DNA of 64,000 bases from a virus: positions 1 to 64,000 of IMG/VR virus record IMGVR_UViG_3300045988_160931. One strand, given 5' to 3'. A program made the translations under genes and the position numbers. This document shows positions 35,797 through 45,169 of the stretch, in pieces. Every line of letters starts with the position of its first letter. The stretch's first letter is position 1. The notes below the pieces were generated by a model that made no database searches, was not told where the DNA came from, and saw only the letters and a list, made by a program, of their open reading frames with translations.

Positions 35797-36435
35797 ATGG
35801 CATATTACTGGTGCAGCTTGTTCTTCGATGAATATGGGACTTTATTGGGGAGAAACAATATTGTTTATGGTGAAACAGAACAAGAGTTTATCCGGAATAT
35901 GTCACGTTATCTCCGAGGGCATTATGGAACACATCTTGCCATAAATGATTATGATATGCGATTGAAACGCATGGAAGCAGAACAGAATATGTCAGGGGCT
36001 GACCTCGGCTTGTATTCTCCAGTATATCCAAATTCAGACAACGATGATGCTGTTTACTTTATAAGAGATAAGCAGCTTTGCAGCTTTGAGAGAGGGAAAC
36101 TTCGGGTGCTTGACCTGCGAAACTACCACGAAGCAATTCTTGCTCATGCAGTATGCTTTGCGGAAGAACTGCTGAGATACAGCCGTAAGAAAAAACAGGG
36201 TAAGCGACACAAAAAATGTTGGAATTATCACTGGCACAAAGGAATTCGGAATAAACTGATACTGGATTCCAAAGGAATGCTCAGAGCAAAGTATTTTGCT
36301 GGTTTTCTCTATGAATATCGGTTTGACCCGAAGCTTTATAAGTCAGAAAACAACTGGAAAGAGAATAAGAAATGCAGACATCAATGGGAAGTTCATATCG
36401 ATCGTCACATAGACACAATGCAGTATATTGGATAG
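35797..36435 (+). CDS. hypothetical protein
   Basis: AAAGGAG SD. Confidence 0.65.
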   Translation: MAYYWCSLFFDEYGTLLGRNNIVYGETEQEFIRNMSRYLRGHYGTHLAINDYDMRLKRMEAEQNMSGADLGLYSPVYPNSDNDDAVYFIRDKQLCSFERGKLRVLDLRNYHEAILAHAVCFAEELLRYSRKKKQGKRHKKCWNYHWHKGIRNKLILDSKGMLRAKYFAGFLYEYRFDPKLYKSENNWKENKKCRHQWEVHIDRHIDTMQYIG

Positions 36436-36593
36436 AAATACTCAACGGGGATTATGGTAACTGCACAGGACACAACTACATATGTAGTAACTGTGGTTAT
36501 GAATTTACTTGTTTTGGCGGTACACCATTTGAGTATGGTATATTCCGGTGCAGACGATGCAAGGCGAAAATAATTGATATAAAAAGGAGTTGA
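36372..36593 (+). CDS. zinc-ribbon ORF overlapping the preceding gene
   Basis: CSNCG...CRRCK. The only canonical starts lie 52-64 nt inside gene 35797..36435. Confidence 0.35.
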   Translation: MQTSMGSSYRSSHRHNAVYWIEILNGDYGNCTGHNYICSNCGYEFTCFGGTPFEYGIFRCRRCKAKIIDIKRS

Positions 36594-37678
36594 TTAAAAT
36601 AGAAGAACTATTAGATCAAGATCTATCTGAGCTAGACAAGCACATATCAGATGCAATGCACAGAATTGAAAGATTGTATTATGAAACTGACGGGAAGTGT
36701 TATCTATCGTTCAGCGGTGGGAAAGACAGTACAATCGTGCTTGCTGTTATAAAACTGTGTGAAGATATTGGAACGATTCCGAAGAATGCGATTCCAGCGG
36801 TTTTCTGCGACACAAAGATAGAATTAGATGCTACAGTTGATTTCGTGCATTGGGTGAAAGATAACTGGTATAACAATGTGCAGTTTATTAAAACTGAGAA
36901 ATCATTCGCACAAGTTATCAAAGAGTATGGGAAACCGTTTCGCAGTAAAATGAAATCAAAAGGATTACACTACTACATCACAAATCCGGCATATTTGACA
37001 GCCAGAGCATTGTATGATGATGCTGTATGCAAGTCAGCTAAAATGAGGTTATCCAATAAAGACTTTCATGTACTACACTCAAATTTTTCAATTCAAATTT
37101 CTGATAAATGTTGTGATGTGATGAAGAAGAAACCATTTATCAAATATGGGAAAGATAATGGCATGATCGGTTACTTTTCTGGAATGCGAATGTTTGAGGG
37201 TGGGAAACGTCATATTGTTTTTGAAAAACGGATGAATTCCGGCGATAAAAGGCCATGTACACACGTTTCTGATGGTGTAACATCGGTATCCCCAATTTTT
37301 GATTGGGATGATGAAATTTGTGAAGAATTCATTCAGAAGTACAACGCCCCGCTGTCTAGGGCGTATACAGAGTATGGAGAAGAACGGACTGGGTGTTTCC
37401 TATGTCCGTATGGCTTGAACGTAGACAAGCGGCTTGAATCACTACATACCTACGAACCAAACAAATATAAAGCAGCGTTGTACTTCCTAAAAGATGTGTA
37501 CATTGCACAAGGTGTTGAACTTCCATTTGATTCGGACTATATGAAAGAGTACAAAGAAAAGTGGATTGAGTATGAGAAGATGCGGTATAAAATGTTGAAG
37601 AAGTATCGCCCTGACTGTATGATCTGCAAGAAGTACGAGAAAGAGCATGGACAATCTGCTCAGAAGAAATTATTTTAG
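36590..37678 (+). CDS. PAPS reductase / PP-loop ATPase family protein
   Basis: PP-loop SFSGGKDS; C-terminal CFLCPYG. TTG 36590 abuts the SD, whereas ATA 36599 lies 9 nt after GGAG. Confidence 0.8.
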   Translation: MIKIEELLDQDLSELDKHISDAMHRIERLYYETDGKCYLSFSGGKDSTIVLAVIKLCEDIGTIPKNAIPAVFCDTKIELDATVDFVHWVKDNWYNNVQFIKTEKSFAQVIKEYGKPFRSKMKSKGLHYYITNPAYLTARALYDDAVCKSAKMRLSNKDFHVLHSNFSIQISDKCCDVMKKKPFIKYGKDNGMIGYFSGMRMFEGGKRHIVFEKRMNSGDKRPCTHVSDGVTSVSPIFDWDDEICEEFIQKYNAPLSRAYTEYGEERTGCFLCPYGLNVDKRLESLHTYEPNKYKAALYFLKDVYIAQGVELPFDSDYMKEYKEKWIEYEKMRYKMLKKYRPDCMICKKYEKEHGQSAQKKLF

Positions 37679-37690
37679 GAGCGATAAACA

Positions 37691-38185
37691 ATGTTAGTTC
37701 CAGCAGTCCTATATAAGGACGAAATCAAAAGAAAAATATTAGAGTATAAATACACAAATGATATGATGTACTACTCTGGATGGCTAGGAGATTCTATTCC
37801 AAATATCGATGATGACAGCGAAGATAATTGTACAGTACAATATGCAATTGTTGACGGCGATGATCTAATCGGCTACTTTACATATATGATGGACTGGTAT
37901 ACATCATGTGCAAACTGTTTTGGTCTGTTCTCATTCGACAGAGGAAATAAAATCATTGGGCTGGATGTCCTCAGAGAATTAAAGAAGATTATTAAAGAAT
38001 ACAATGTTCATAGAATTTCCTGGAGGATGGTAAGTGGTAATCCAGTCGAACGTCACTATGACAGATTCTGTGACAAGTATGGCGGGAAGAAATTTGTACT
38101 TACAGATGCTATCCGAGATAGATCAGGTAACTATCATGATGATATTATCTATGAGATTATTTTTCAGAAATCTAAGGATATATAA
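37691..38185 (+). CDS. GNAT-like acetyltransferase-fold protein (tentative)
   Basis: Size and the pattern LIGYF...GLDVLRELKKIIKEYNVHRISWRMVSGNPVERHYDRF. Confidence 0.5.
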   Translation: MLVPAVLYKDEIKRKILEYKYTNDMMYYSGWLGDSIPNIDDDSEDNCTVQYAIVDGDDLIGYFTYMMDWYTSCANCFGLFSFDRGNKIIGLDVLRELKKIIKEYNVHRISWRMVSGNPVERHYDRFCDKYGGKKFVLTDAIRDRSGNYHDDIIYEIIFQKSKDI

Positions 38186-38200
38186 AATAGAGGTTTTATC

Positions 38201-39100
38201 ATGCAAAGATTTAGATTGGATTTTGAAAATGGTAGAAATGGCAAATTTTATTGCACTAGTTTGGAACAATTAAAACGTACATTCCCAGATGCAATAAGCA
38301 TAATCCCTATTTCCGATTTATCACATGAAAAATACTGTAAAATGCTATTAAATAAAGCAAGAGATAATGTAAGGGTATACGAAAAGCGAGAATCTATTAT
38401 ATACGCCTTTGAGTTTGGACTTCAACATGGGAACATTCAAATTGAATTGATGCAAGACAAAGAAGATAATACATTTTATGATTATTGCAAATATAAGTTT
38501 CAACCAATGTCAAAAATGATAATATCGATAGTTTGGGATATAAGTAATCCTAAATTAGTATGGGAGAAATTCTTTGAAAATACTGAAATCAGTTATAAAG
38601 TCATTGGGTTTTATAAGGCTGGAACTAATATGCCTAAACTAAAAAAACCAAAAGAACTATCTGGAGTAAATGGGAATAGTATTCCTTTTTCATATTCCAA
38701 AGGGAAGGTAAAATGCCAATTTCAATATTTTGTGAAAAACAATGACTTGTACATTAAATCGAATGATTTCTTCTCTCCAATGTTTAGACCAAACGATGAG
38801 GATATTGGAATGCCATTAGGATATATAATGAAAAAATATTTTGGGAGAGCTAGAAGTGAAAAATTCATATATCCAGATGGGTGGGGTAGCGTTGTTATTC
38901 AGCAGAAAGCATGGTTGAAGTTTGAAAACATTGTAAAAATTGTAGATCAGATGAATTATGTTGAACTTTCGCATTTTGCAATGAGTCTTATGCGAGAAAA
39001 ACATCATTTTCAATATTATTTCATGCAGGACGTAGACTGGATAAATATGTTCGAAAATTTATTTAAGCAATTAAAGAGTAAAAAGGAGACAAATATATGA
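38201..39100 (+). CDS. hypothetical protein
   Basis: ORF with SD. Confidence 0.65.
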   Translation: MQRFRLDFENGRNGKFYCTSLEQLKRTFPDAISIIPISDLSHEKYCKMLLNKARDNVRVYEKRESIIYAFEFGLQHGNIQIELMQDKEDNTFYDYCKYKFQPMSKMIISIVWDISNPKLVWEKFFENTEISYKVIGFYKAGTNMPKLKKPKELSGVNGNSIPFSYSKGKVKCQFQYFVKNNDLYIKSNDFFSPMFRPNDEDIGMPLGYIMKKYFGRARSEKFIYPDGWGSVVIQQKAWLKFENIVKIVDQMNYVELSHFAMSLMREKHHFQYYFMQDVDWINMFENLFKQLKSKKETNI

Positions 39101-39420
39101 CACTAAAAGAATTTATTGAAGAGTTTATCCCGGATTCAAGAACATTTATTCGCCTTATCCATGTTGTAGAAAAAGAATGTGTGGACGTGGAGTTGGATTC
39201 AACACGCTGCGCAGTTATAAAGAAGCGAAAAGAATATGAGCGAATTCCTCTCCGGATAGTAAATGGAGAAGAAAAGACAATGGCTACGGCAGAACTGATT
39301 ATGTTTGATGATTACTATAAGAGATACCATGATTGCGTAGTTAGAGGATTGATTGATAGTTGTTCACCTATTGAAGAAGTCGATACAAATGCAGTGAATA
39401 TCATTATTGATAACGAATAA
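39097..39420 (+). CDS. hypothetical protein
   Basis: AAGGAG SD; ATGA overlap. Confidence 0.6.
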   Translation: MTLKEFIEEFIPDSRTFIRLIHVVEKECVDVELDSTRCAVIKKRKEYERIPLRIVNGEEKTMATAELIMFDDYYKRYHDCVVRGLIDSCSPIEEVDTNAVNIIIDNE

Positions 39421-39450
39421 TCCCATTGTAATCATAGATTGGAGCAAGAA

Positions 39451-40659
39451 ATGCGAAAAACAAATGAAGAACTTCAAGCAATATTAAAACGAGAAAACTA
39501 TAAAAGACTTTGGTCGTGGTCGAGATTGGAATGTTTTCGGAATAGCCCGTATGAGTACTTCCTAAATTACATTAAGCATGAGCCTAAAGACAGACAGAAT
39601 TGTATTTATGCTCCAATTGGTTCTGTAGCACATGAAGCACTGGAATTATATTATACGAATCAAATCGACAGAGATAAAATGCTAGAGAGTTTTGAAGATG
39701 GTTGGTTTAATGCGACTACTATCTTAGATTTGAAGTTTGATCGAAATGACGAAAGTAAAAACGAGACTATTAAACAGAAATATTATGTTGACTTGCAATT
39801 GTTTTTCAAAAATCATCGAGATATAAAAAGGTACAAGCCTTTAATGGAGCAGTTCGTAAAATATAAGATTGATGATAATCTGTTTCAGGGCTATATTGAT
39901 TGCTGTTTTAAGGATGAATCTGGTTGTTTCAATATCATTGACTTCAAGACATCTACCATGTATACAGGTAAAACGCTAGTAGAACATTCTGGACAACTTA
40001 CCGTATATGCAATGGGTTTAATGCAAGCTGGTGTTTCAGAAGATAAGATTAAGATCGGGTTTAATTTTTTGAAGTACTGCACTGTTACATATACACAGGC
40101 GAACGGTAAAACAAAAGATAGAAATATAGAGAGAAGTAAATTAGGAGAATCGTTACAAACAAATGCAAAGATGTGGCTTAATAAAATTGGGTATAGCGAA
40201 GAAGATGCCGATTTCTATTTGAAACAATTGATTGATAGTAATGATATATCTGTTCTTCCGGAAGATGTGCGTATCAAATATATAATGAATGATTGCTATG
40301 TGTTTATTCCCTTTGATGATGTTCTAAGAGATAAGTGGATAGATATTATTCGGAAAACAATTAAAGATATTGAATTAAGAGAATCTGATTATAAAACAGA
40401 TTTCAACGAGAAAGTCTTTTATGATACAGATGAACAATTAAAATCCCAGAGTTATTACCTTGCCACCTTGTGTGAGTATAGCATTGAGAAACATAAGCCA
40501 TATAAGGAATGGCTTGACAAAATTGATGCGAAAAAGAATGAATTTGGCTTGTTTAATAATGTTGGAGTTAATTCAAGTAGCTTGTCTATGGTAGACAAAA
40601 ATATAAGTAATGATAGAAGCCAAAACGATGATTTGTCTTGGCTTGATGATATTATTTGA
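39451..40659 (+). CDS. PD-(D/E)XK (RecB/Cas4-like) nuclease with an acidic C-terminal tail
   Basis: GYIDCCF...IIDFKTS...GQLTVYAMG nuclease core; C-terminus NDDLSWLDDII. Confidence 0.65.
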   Translation: MRKTNEELQAILKRENYKRLWSWSRLECFRNSPYEYFLNYIKHEPKDRQNCIYAPIGSVAHEALELYYTNQIDRDKMLESFEDGWFNATTILDLKFDRNDESKNETIKQKYYVDLQLFFKNHRDIKRYKPLMEQFVKYKIDDNLFQGYIDCCFKDESGCFNIIDFKTSTMYTGKTLVEHSGQLTVYAMGLMQAGVSEDKIKIGFNFLKYCTVTYTQANGKTKDRNIERSKLGESLQTNAKMWLNKIGYSEEDADFYLKQLIDSNDISVLPEDVRIKYIMNDCYVFIPFDDVLRDKWIDIIRKTIKDIELRESDYKTDFNEKVFYDTDEQLKSQSYYLATLCEYSIEKHKPYKEWLDKIDAKKNEFGLFNNVGVNSSSLSMVDKNISNDRSQNDDLSWLDDII

Positions 40660-40681
40660 AATAAATTATGGAGTTTGATAT

Positions 40682-41399
40682 ATGTATAAACTTTTGCATG
40701 GTGATTGTCTCGAACTGATGAAAAAGATTCCAGATAAGTCTATTGATATGATTTTATGTGATTTACCATATGGAACAACAAAAAATAAGTGGGATGTTAT
40801 TTTACCTTTCGATTTGTTGTGGGGGGTATAGCCGCATAATTAAAGATAATGGGGCTATTGTATTATTTGGTGATGGCTGTTTTACTGCACAATTGATATT
40901 ATCTAATTTGAAAATGTGGCGGTATAATTTGATATGGGATAAACAGCGAGGGTGTGACTTCTTAAATGCGAATGTGAAACCATTAAAATCTCATGAGGAT
41001 ATTATAGTATTTTATAAGAAAAAACCTGCATATAATAAACAATTATGGTATTCAAAACCATATAAAAAAACAAAGAATGGCAATTTATCTAGTAATTATG
41101 GAGAACGAAAGTCGGCGTGGACTGAATCTTTGGATGGGGCAAGGAATCCGTTGTCAATTCTTTCATTTGGTCGTGATTCAAGTAAGTTACATCCAACACA
41201 AAAACCAGTAGCCTTACTTGAATACTTAATTAGAACTTACACAAATGAGGGTGAATTGGTTCTTGATAATTGTATGGGTTCTGGTTCTACAGGTGTTGCT
41301 TGTATAAATACGAATAGAAATTTTATTGGAATGGAATTAGACGATAAATATTTTAGTATTGCAAAAGAAAGAATTGAAAAAGCAAATGGTGAGGTGTAA
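40682..41399 (+). pseudogene. N6-adenine/N4-cytosine DNA methyltransferase interrupted by a +1 frameshift at a G6 tract
   Basis: Frame A (ATG 40682) carries DLPYG and stops at TAG 40829. Frame B (40758..41399) continues [16 protein letters not shown]...TQKP...DNCMGSGSTG. Removing one G from 40821-40826 fuses them. Confidence 0.75.
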
Positions 41400-41405
41400 T
41401 AAATA

Positions 41406-41540
41406 ATGTGTGCAACAATTTCTTTGATTATAGCTGCTACATCTGTATTTTCTGGAATTGGGTTATTTACAATGTGTTTGTGTAAAGCAGCTAGTGATGC
41501 AGATGATGCTGTAGAGAATATGATGTACAATCAAGAATGA
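41406..41540 (+). CDS. small membrane protein (44 aa)
   Basis: ATG 41406 lies about 9 nt after GGTGAGGTG; hydrophobic N-terminus. Confidence 0.45.
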   Translation: MCATISLIIAATSVFSGIGLFTMCLCKAASDADDAVENMMYNQE

Positions 41541-41567
41541 ATAAAATAAAGAAAGAGGTATTATATT

Positions 41568-41897
41568 ATGAATAAACAAGGCACAACACTTATTATTAAA
41601 GATAGAGGAACAGGTAAGAGCACACAATTGATTTATACAAGCGCTTCAACACAATATCGAATTGTCACTCCTACTAAACAATCAATTAGATATTTAATGT
41701 ATCTCGCAAATTGTTTAGGGTTGGAAATTCCAACACCTATGACAATAGAAGATTATAGAAACAAAAGGAAAGTACCTAATGAGTGTATTCTTATTGATGA
41801 AGGGTATGATCTAATTGGAGAAGCTGTTAGTTCTTATATTGGAGCTAATGTTGTAGCAATTACTTTATCTGATAAAATAAAAGAAACAAATAATTAA
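41568..41897 (+). CDS. small P-loop protein
   Basis: Walker A DRGTGKST and Walker B-like ILIDEG. Confidence 0.6.
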   Translation: MNKQGTTLIIKDRGTGKSTQLIYTSASTQYRIVTPTKQSIRYLMYLANCLGLEIPTPMTIEDYRNKRKVPNECILIDEGYDLIGEAVSSYIGANVVAITLSDKIKETNN

Positions 41898-41916
41898 ACA
41901 AAGGAGTCTATATAAG

Positions 41917-44007
41917 ATGAGTGATAATTATACAATTCTTCATTTACATAGTATGGATTCAAATCCGTATAGTGGTGTAAAAGTAGATTCAACTGTCCAT
42001 TATCAAAAATATATTGATGAAGCTGTAAAGTGTAAAATGAAAGCGATTGCTTTTACTGAGCATGGATGTGTCCTACATAATATCGGGAAAAAGCAAGCTT
42101 GCGATAAAGCTGGATTAAAATACATTCATGCAGAAGAATTTTATATCACAGAATCATTATCAGATATAAAAAGAGATAATTATCACTGTTGCTTATTTGC
42201 AAGAAATTATAAAGGGGTAAGAGAATTAAACCGCTTATCGTCCATCTCTATGAATAAAGATGATGGTCATTTTTATTACAACCCTAGAATAACAATCGGC
42301 GAACTATTAGCTACTTCGGATAACATCTTAGTTTCTACGGCTTGTCTTGCTGGTATCTTATCTAAAGGAACAGATTCTATTAAAAAGAAGTTTTTGCAGT
42401 TTATTATAAAAAACAAACATCGATGTTGGCTTGAAATTCAACCACATAATTTTGATCGTCAGATTGATTATAATAAATTGCTTGTTCTTTTGCATAAGAA
42501 GTATTCTATAAAAATAATTGCTACTAGTGATATTCATGCAATAACGCAAAAGCAATTAAAATCAAGAGAATTGATGCAGAGAGGGAAGAATGCGAATTTC
42601 AATGATATTAAAGATGAAATCGAGTGTGATTTGAAATTTAAGAATTATTCTCAATTAGTTGAATCATTTGAAATCCAGAATGCTGTACCAAAAGAAATTT
42701 ATATGGATGCAATTGAAGAAACAAACAGATTTGCAGATTTAATAGAACCATATGATTTAGATTATAGCCCAAAATACCCTAGACTATACAAAAATCCAAT
42801 TGAAGAGTTTAAGAAAAGAATTGTTTCCGGTATAAAAGAACACAAACTTAATACACTCTCTAACTATAAGACTGAATATATGCCTAGAATCAAAGAAGAA
42901 TTTAATACATATAAGAAAAATGATGCAATTGATTTTATGCTGCTTGATTCAGATTATAAAAATTGGATGAGAGAAAACAAGATGAGATATGGCATTTCCA
43001 GAGGTAGTGTATCTGGAAGCCTGATCGCCTATCTCCTTCATAATACAGAGATTGATTCAGTAAAGTATAAATTGAACTTTTCTCGATTCATGAATCCAGA
43101 ACGTCAATCACTTGCTGATATTGATACAGACATTTATAAAGAGGATAGATATAAAGTCCGAGAGTATTTCTTTAATCGAGAAGGATTATATTGCTGTAAC
43201 ATTGTCACTTTCAATACATTAGGACTTCGTTCTGCGATAAAAGACATTGGCAGAGCATACGGCTTAACTCCTGCCGAAACGCAAAGTATATGTGATTCAA
43301 TTCAAAAGGATGAAAATGAAAAAGAATACGTTCCAGAACAGATTATCAAACAGCATGAAGAAATGTTTGAATATGTATATGAGGTTATTGGTGTTGTAAC
43401 TTCTTTAGGTAGACACGCTGCTGGAATTGTTTGTTCTCCAACAGATGTCTCATATGACTTTGCAACATTATCTATAAAAGAAGATAACAGACCAGTTTCT
43501 CAGATAGATATGCACGAAATAGATTCTTTGAATTATGTAAAAATGGATTTACTTGGTCTAAATGCTGTCGGTCTGATTTATAAGGCGTGTGATTTAGCTG
43601 GTATTGAATATAAAATCCCAGAGAATACTGACTTTAACGATAAAAATGTAATTGAATCTATCGCCGAAGATACAACTATGATATTCCAATTTGAATCTGG
43701 ATATTCTAGTGACTGTCTAAAGAAAGCTTTAAGCCCAGAAACAATTAGTAAGATCAAACAAAAGAATAAAGATGCTAGTTATATTGATATTATTTCAATG
43801 ACATCTGGTGCAATTCGTCCGGCTGGAGAGTCATATCGAGAACAACTTTTTAATGGAGAGTACAAAGACAACGGGAATGCTGTATTAAATGATTTTCTTG
43901 CACCAACACTAGGGTTTTGTGTTTATCAAGAGCAAATAATTGATTTCTTACATGAATTTTGCGATTTTAGAATGGGACAGGCTGATATCGTGCGGCGAGG
44001 GTTTGCT
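41917..44007 (+). CDS. dnaE: DNA polymerase III alpha subunit (DnaE-type), exon 1
   Basis: PHP domain LHLHSMDS...FTEHG; palm motif ADIDTDI; ends ...ADIVRRGFA at the proposed 5' splice site. Confidence 0.85.
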
Positions 44008-45169
44008 AAATTTTTGGCGTGTTAATCAGAAATGAATAACATTATTAGAGGGCAAAATCGGTGAAGGTTAAATAATGGCATAAATTAAAAGAATAAGGAT
44101 GGCGCTTATAAAATCAAGAATAACAGAATTACAAAAGAATGAAATTAAAGAAATGTACAAAAGTGGCATGACGTGTAAAGAGATTTTTCGAAAGTTTTCA
44201 AATATCTATAGCTGTGAAGAATCGATTCAAAAAATAGTAAGGAATATGGGCATTTCAAGAGGTAAATATAAAAAACCTGTTGTAGTCGATGAAAACTATT
44301 TTGAATGTATTGATAATGAGCGTAAGGCTTATTGGGTTGGTTTTTTACTTGCAGATGGATGTATTATAAAATATAAAAACAAATCTGATACATTAAAATT
44401 AGAGTTAAGTGTAAAAGATAAGTATATTATAGAATCATTTGCGAAAGATATTAAAACAGATAGAAAAGTAAGAGATTATAAATATAGTAAAAAGCACAAT
44501 GCTCAAATACAAATTAAGTCAAACAAAATATCAAATGATTTAAGCAAATATGGAATAGTGCCAAATAAAACATTTAAGATTGATGGTATAAAAAATATTC
44601 CAATTGAATTAATACGACACTTTATAAGAGGATATTTTGATGGAGACGGTTGTGCTTATTTATATAAACCTAAAGATCAAAATAAACATAGACTTACAAT
44701 AACATTTTGTGGGACAAAAGATTTTTTGAATGATCTGAATACCACTCTATCTGCACAGGCATTTACAGAAACAAGAACATTAATTGACATGAATAAATAC
44801 GGATGTAACGTGTTTAATTTAAGATATATCGGTAATAACGATATTAGGAATCTATTTAATTATATGTATAAAGATGCCACTGTATACTTAAAAAGAAAAA
44901 GAGAAAAGTTTATTACGTTTTTTAACGAACGAAATTAAAAGCCATTACATACTAATACCGAGGTAAATTGAAAAAGTAAAAATTTTCAATCACCGTAGAG
45001 CGTAGTAGGTGAACCTTTTTTTAGAAAGAATATAATCCTACCAAGAGTGTCCACTACCTAAACATGAATTGTAGGTAAAAATGTACGCCGACCTATATTG
45101 AAAAATATAGAAGTGGATGTGTGAATTGACACACTATTAATAGATAAAAAGCTCCACGATAACATAGTG
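44008..45169 (+). mobile_element. group I intron carrying a homing endonuclease
   Basis: The 5' exon ends in U and the intron ends in G. GGCAAA 44051-44056 can pair with exon TTTGCT (U-G at the junction). Stem-rich 230-nt 3' part. Exon fusion restores RRGFAKKTGTGK. Confidence 0.7.
44099..44938 (+). CDS. LAGLIDADG homing endonuclease (double-motif)
   Basis: YWVGFLLADGC and FIRGYFDGDGC motifs. Confidence 0.85.
   Translation: MALIKSRITELQKNEIKEMYKSGMTCKEIFRKFSNIYSCEESIQKIVRNMGISRGKYKKPVVVDENYFECIDNERKAYWVGFLLADGCIIKYKNKSDTLKLELSVKDKYIIESFAKDIKTDRKVRDYKYSKKHNAQIQIKSNKISNDLSKYGIVPNKTFKIDGIKNIPIELIRHFIRGYFDGDGCAYLYKPKDQNKHRLTITFCGTKDFLNDLNTTLSAQAFTETRTLIDMNKYGCNVFNLRYIGNNDIRNLFNYMYKDATVYLKRKREKFITFFNERN

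Noticed and set aside
44008-45169. Intein or two-subunit split of DnaE
   Set aside because: In-frame stop codons follow the exon 1 sequence. The LAGLIDADG ORF has its own ATG in a different context. The boundaries obey group I splice rules. This supports an intron rather than an intein. Expression as two separate polypeptides is not strictly excluded.
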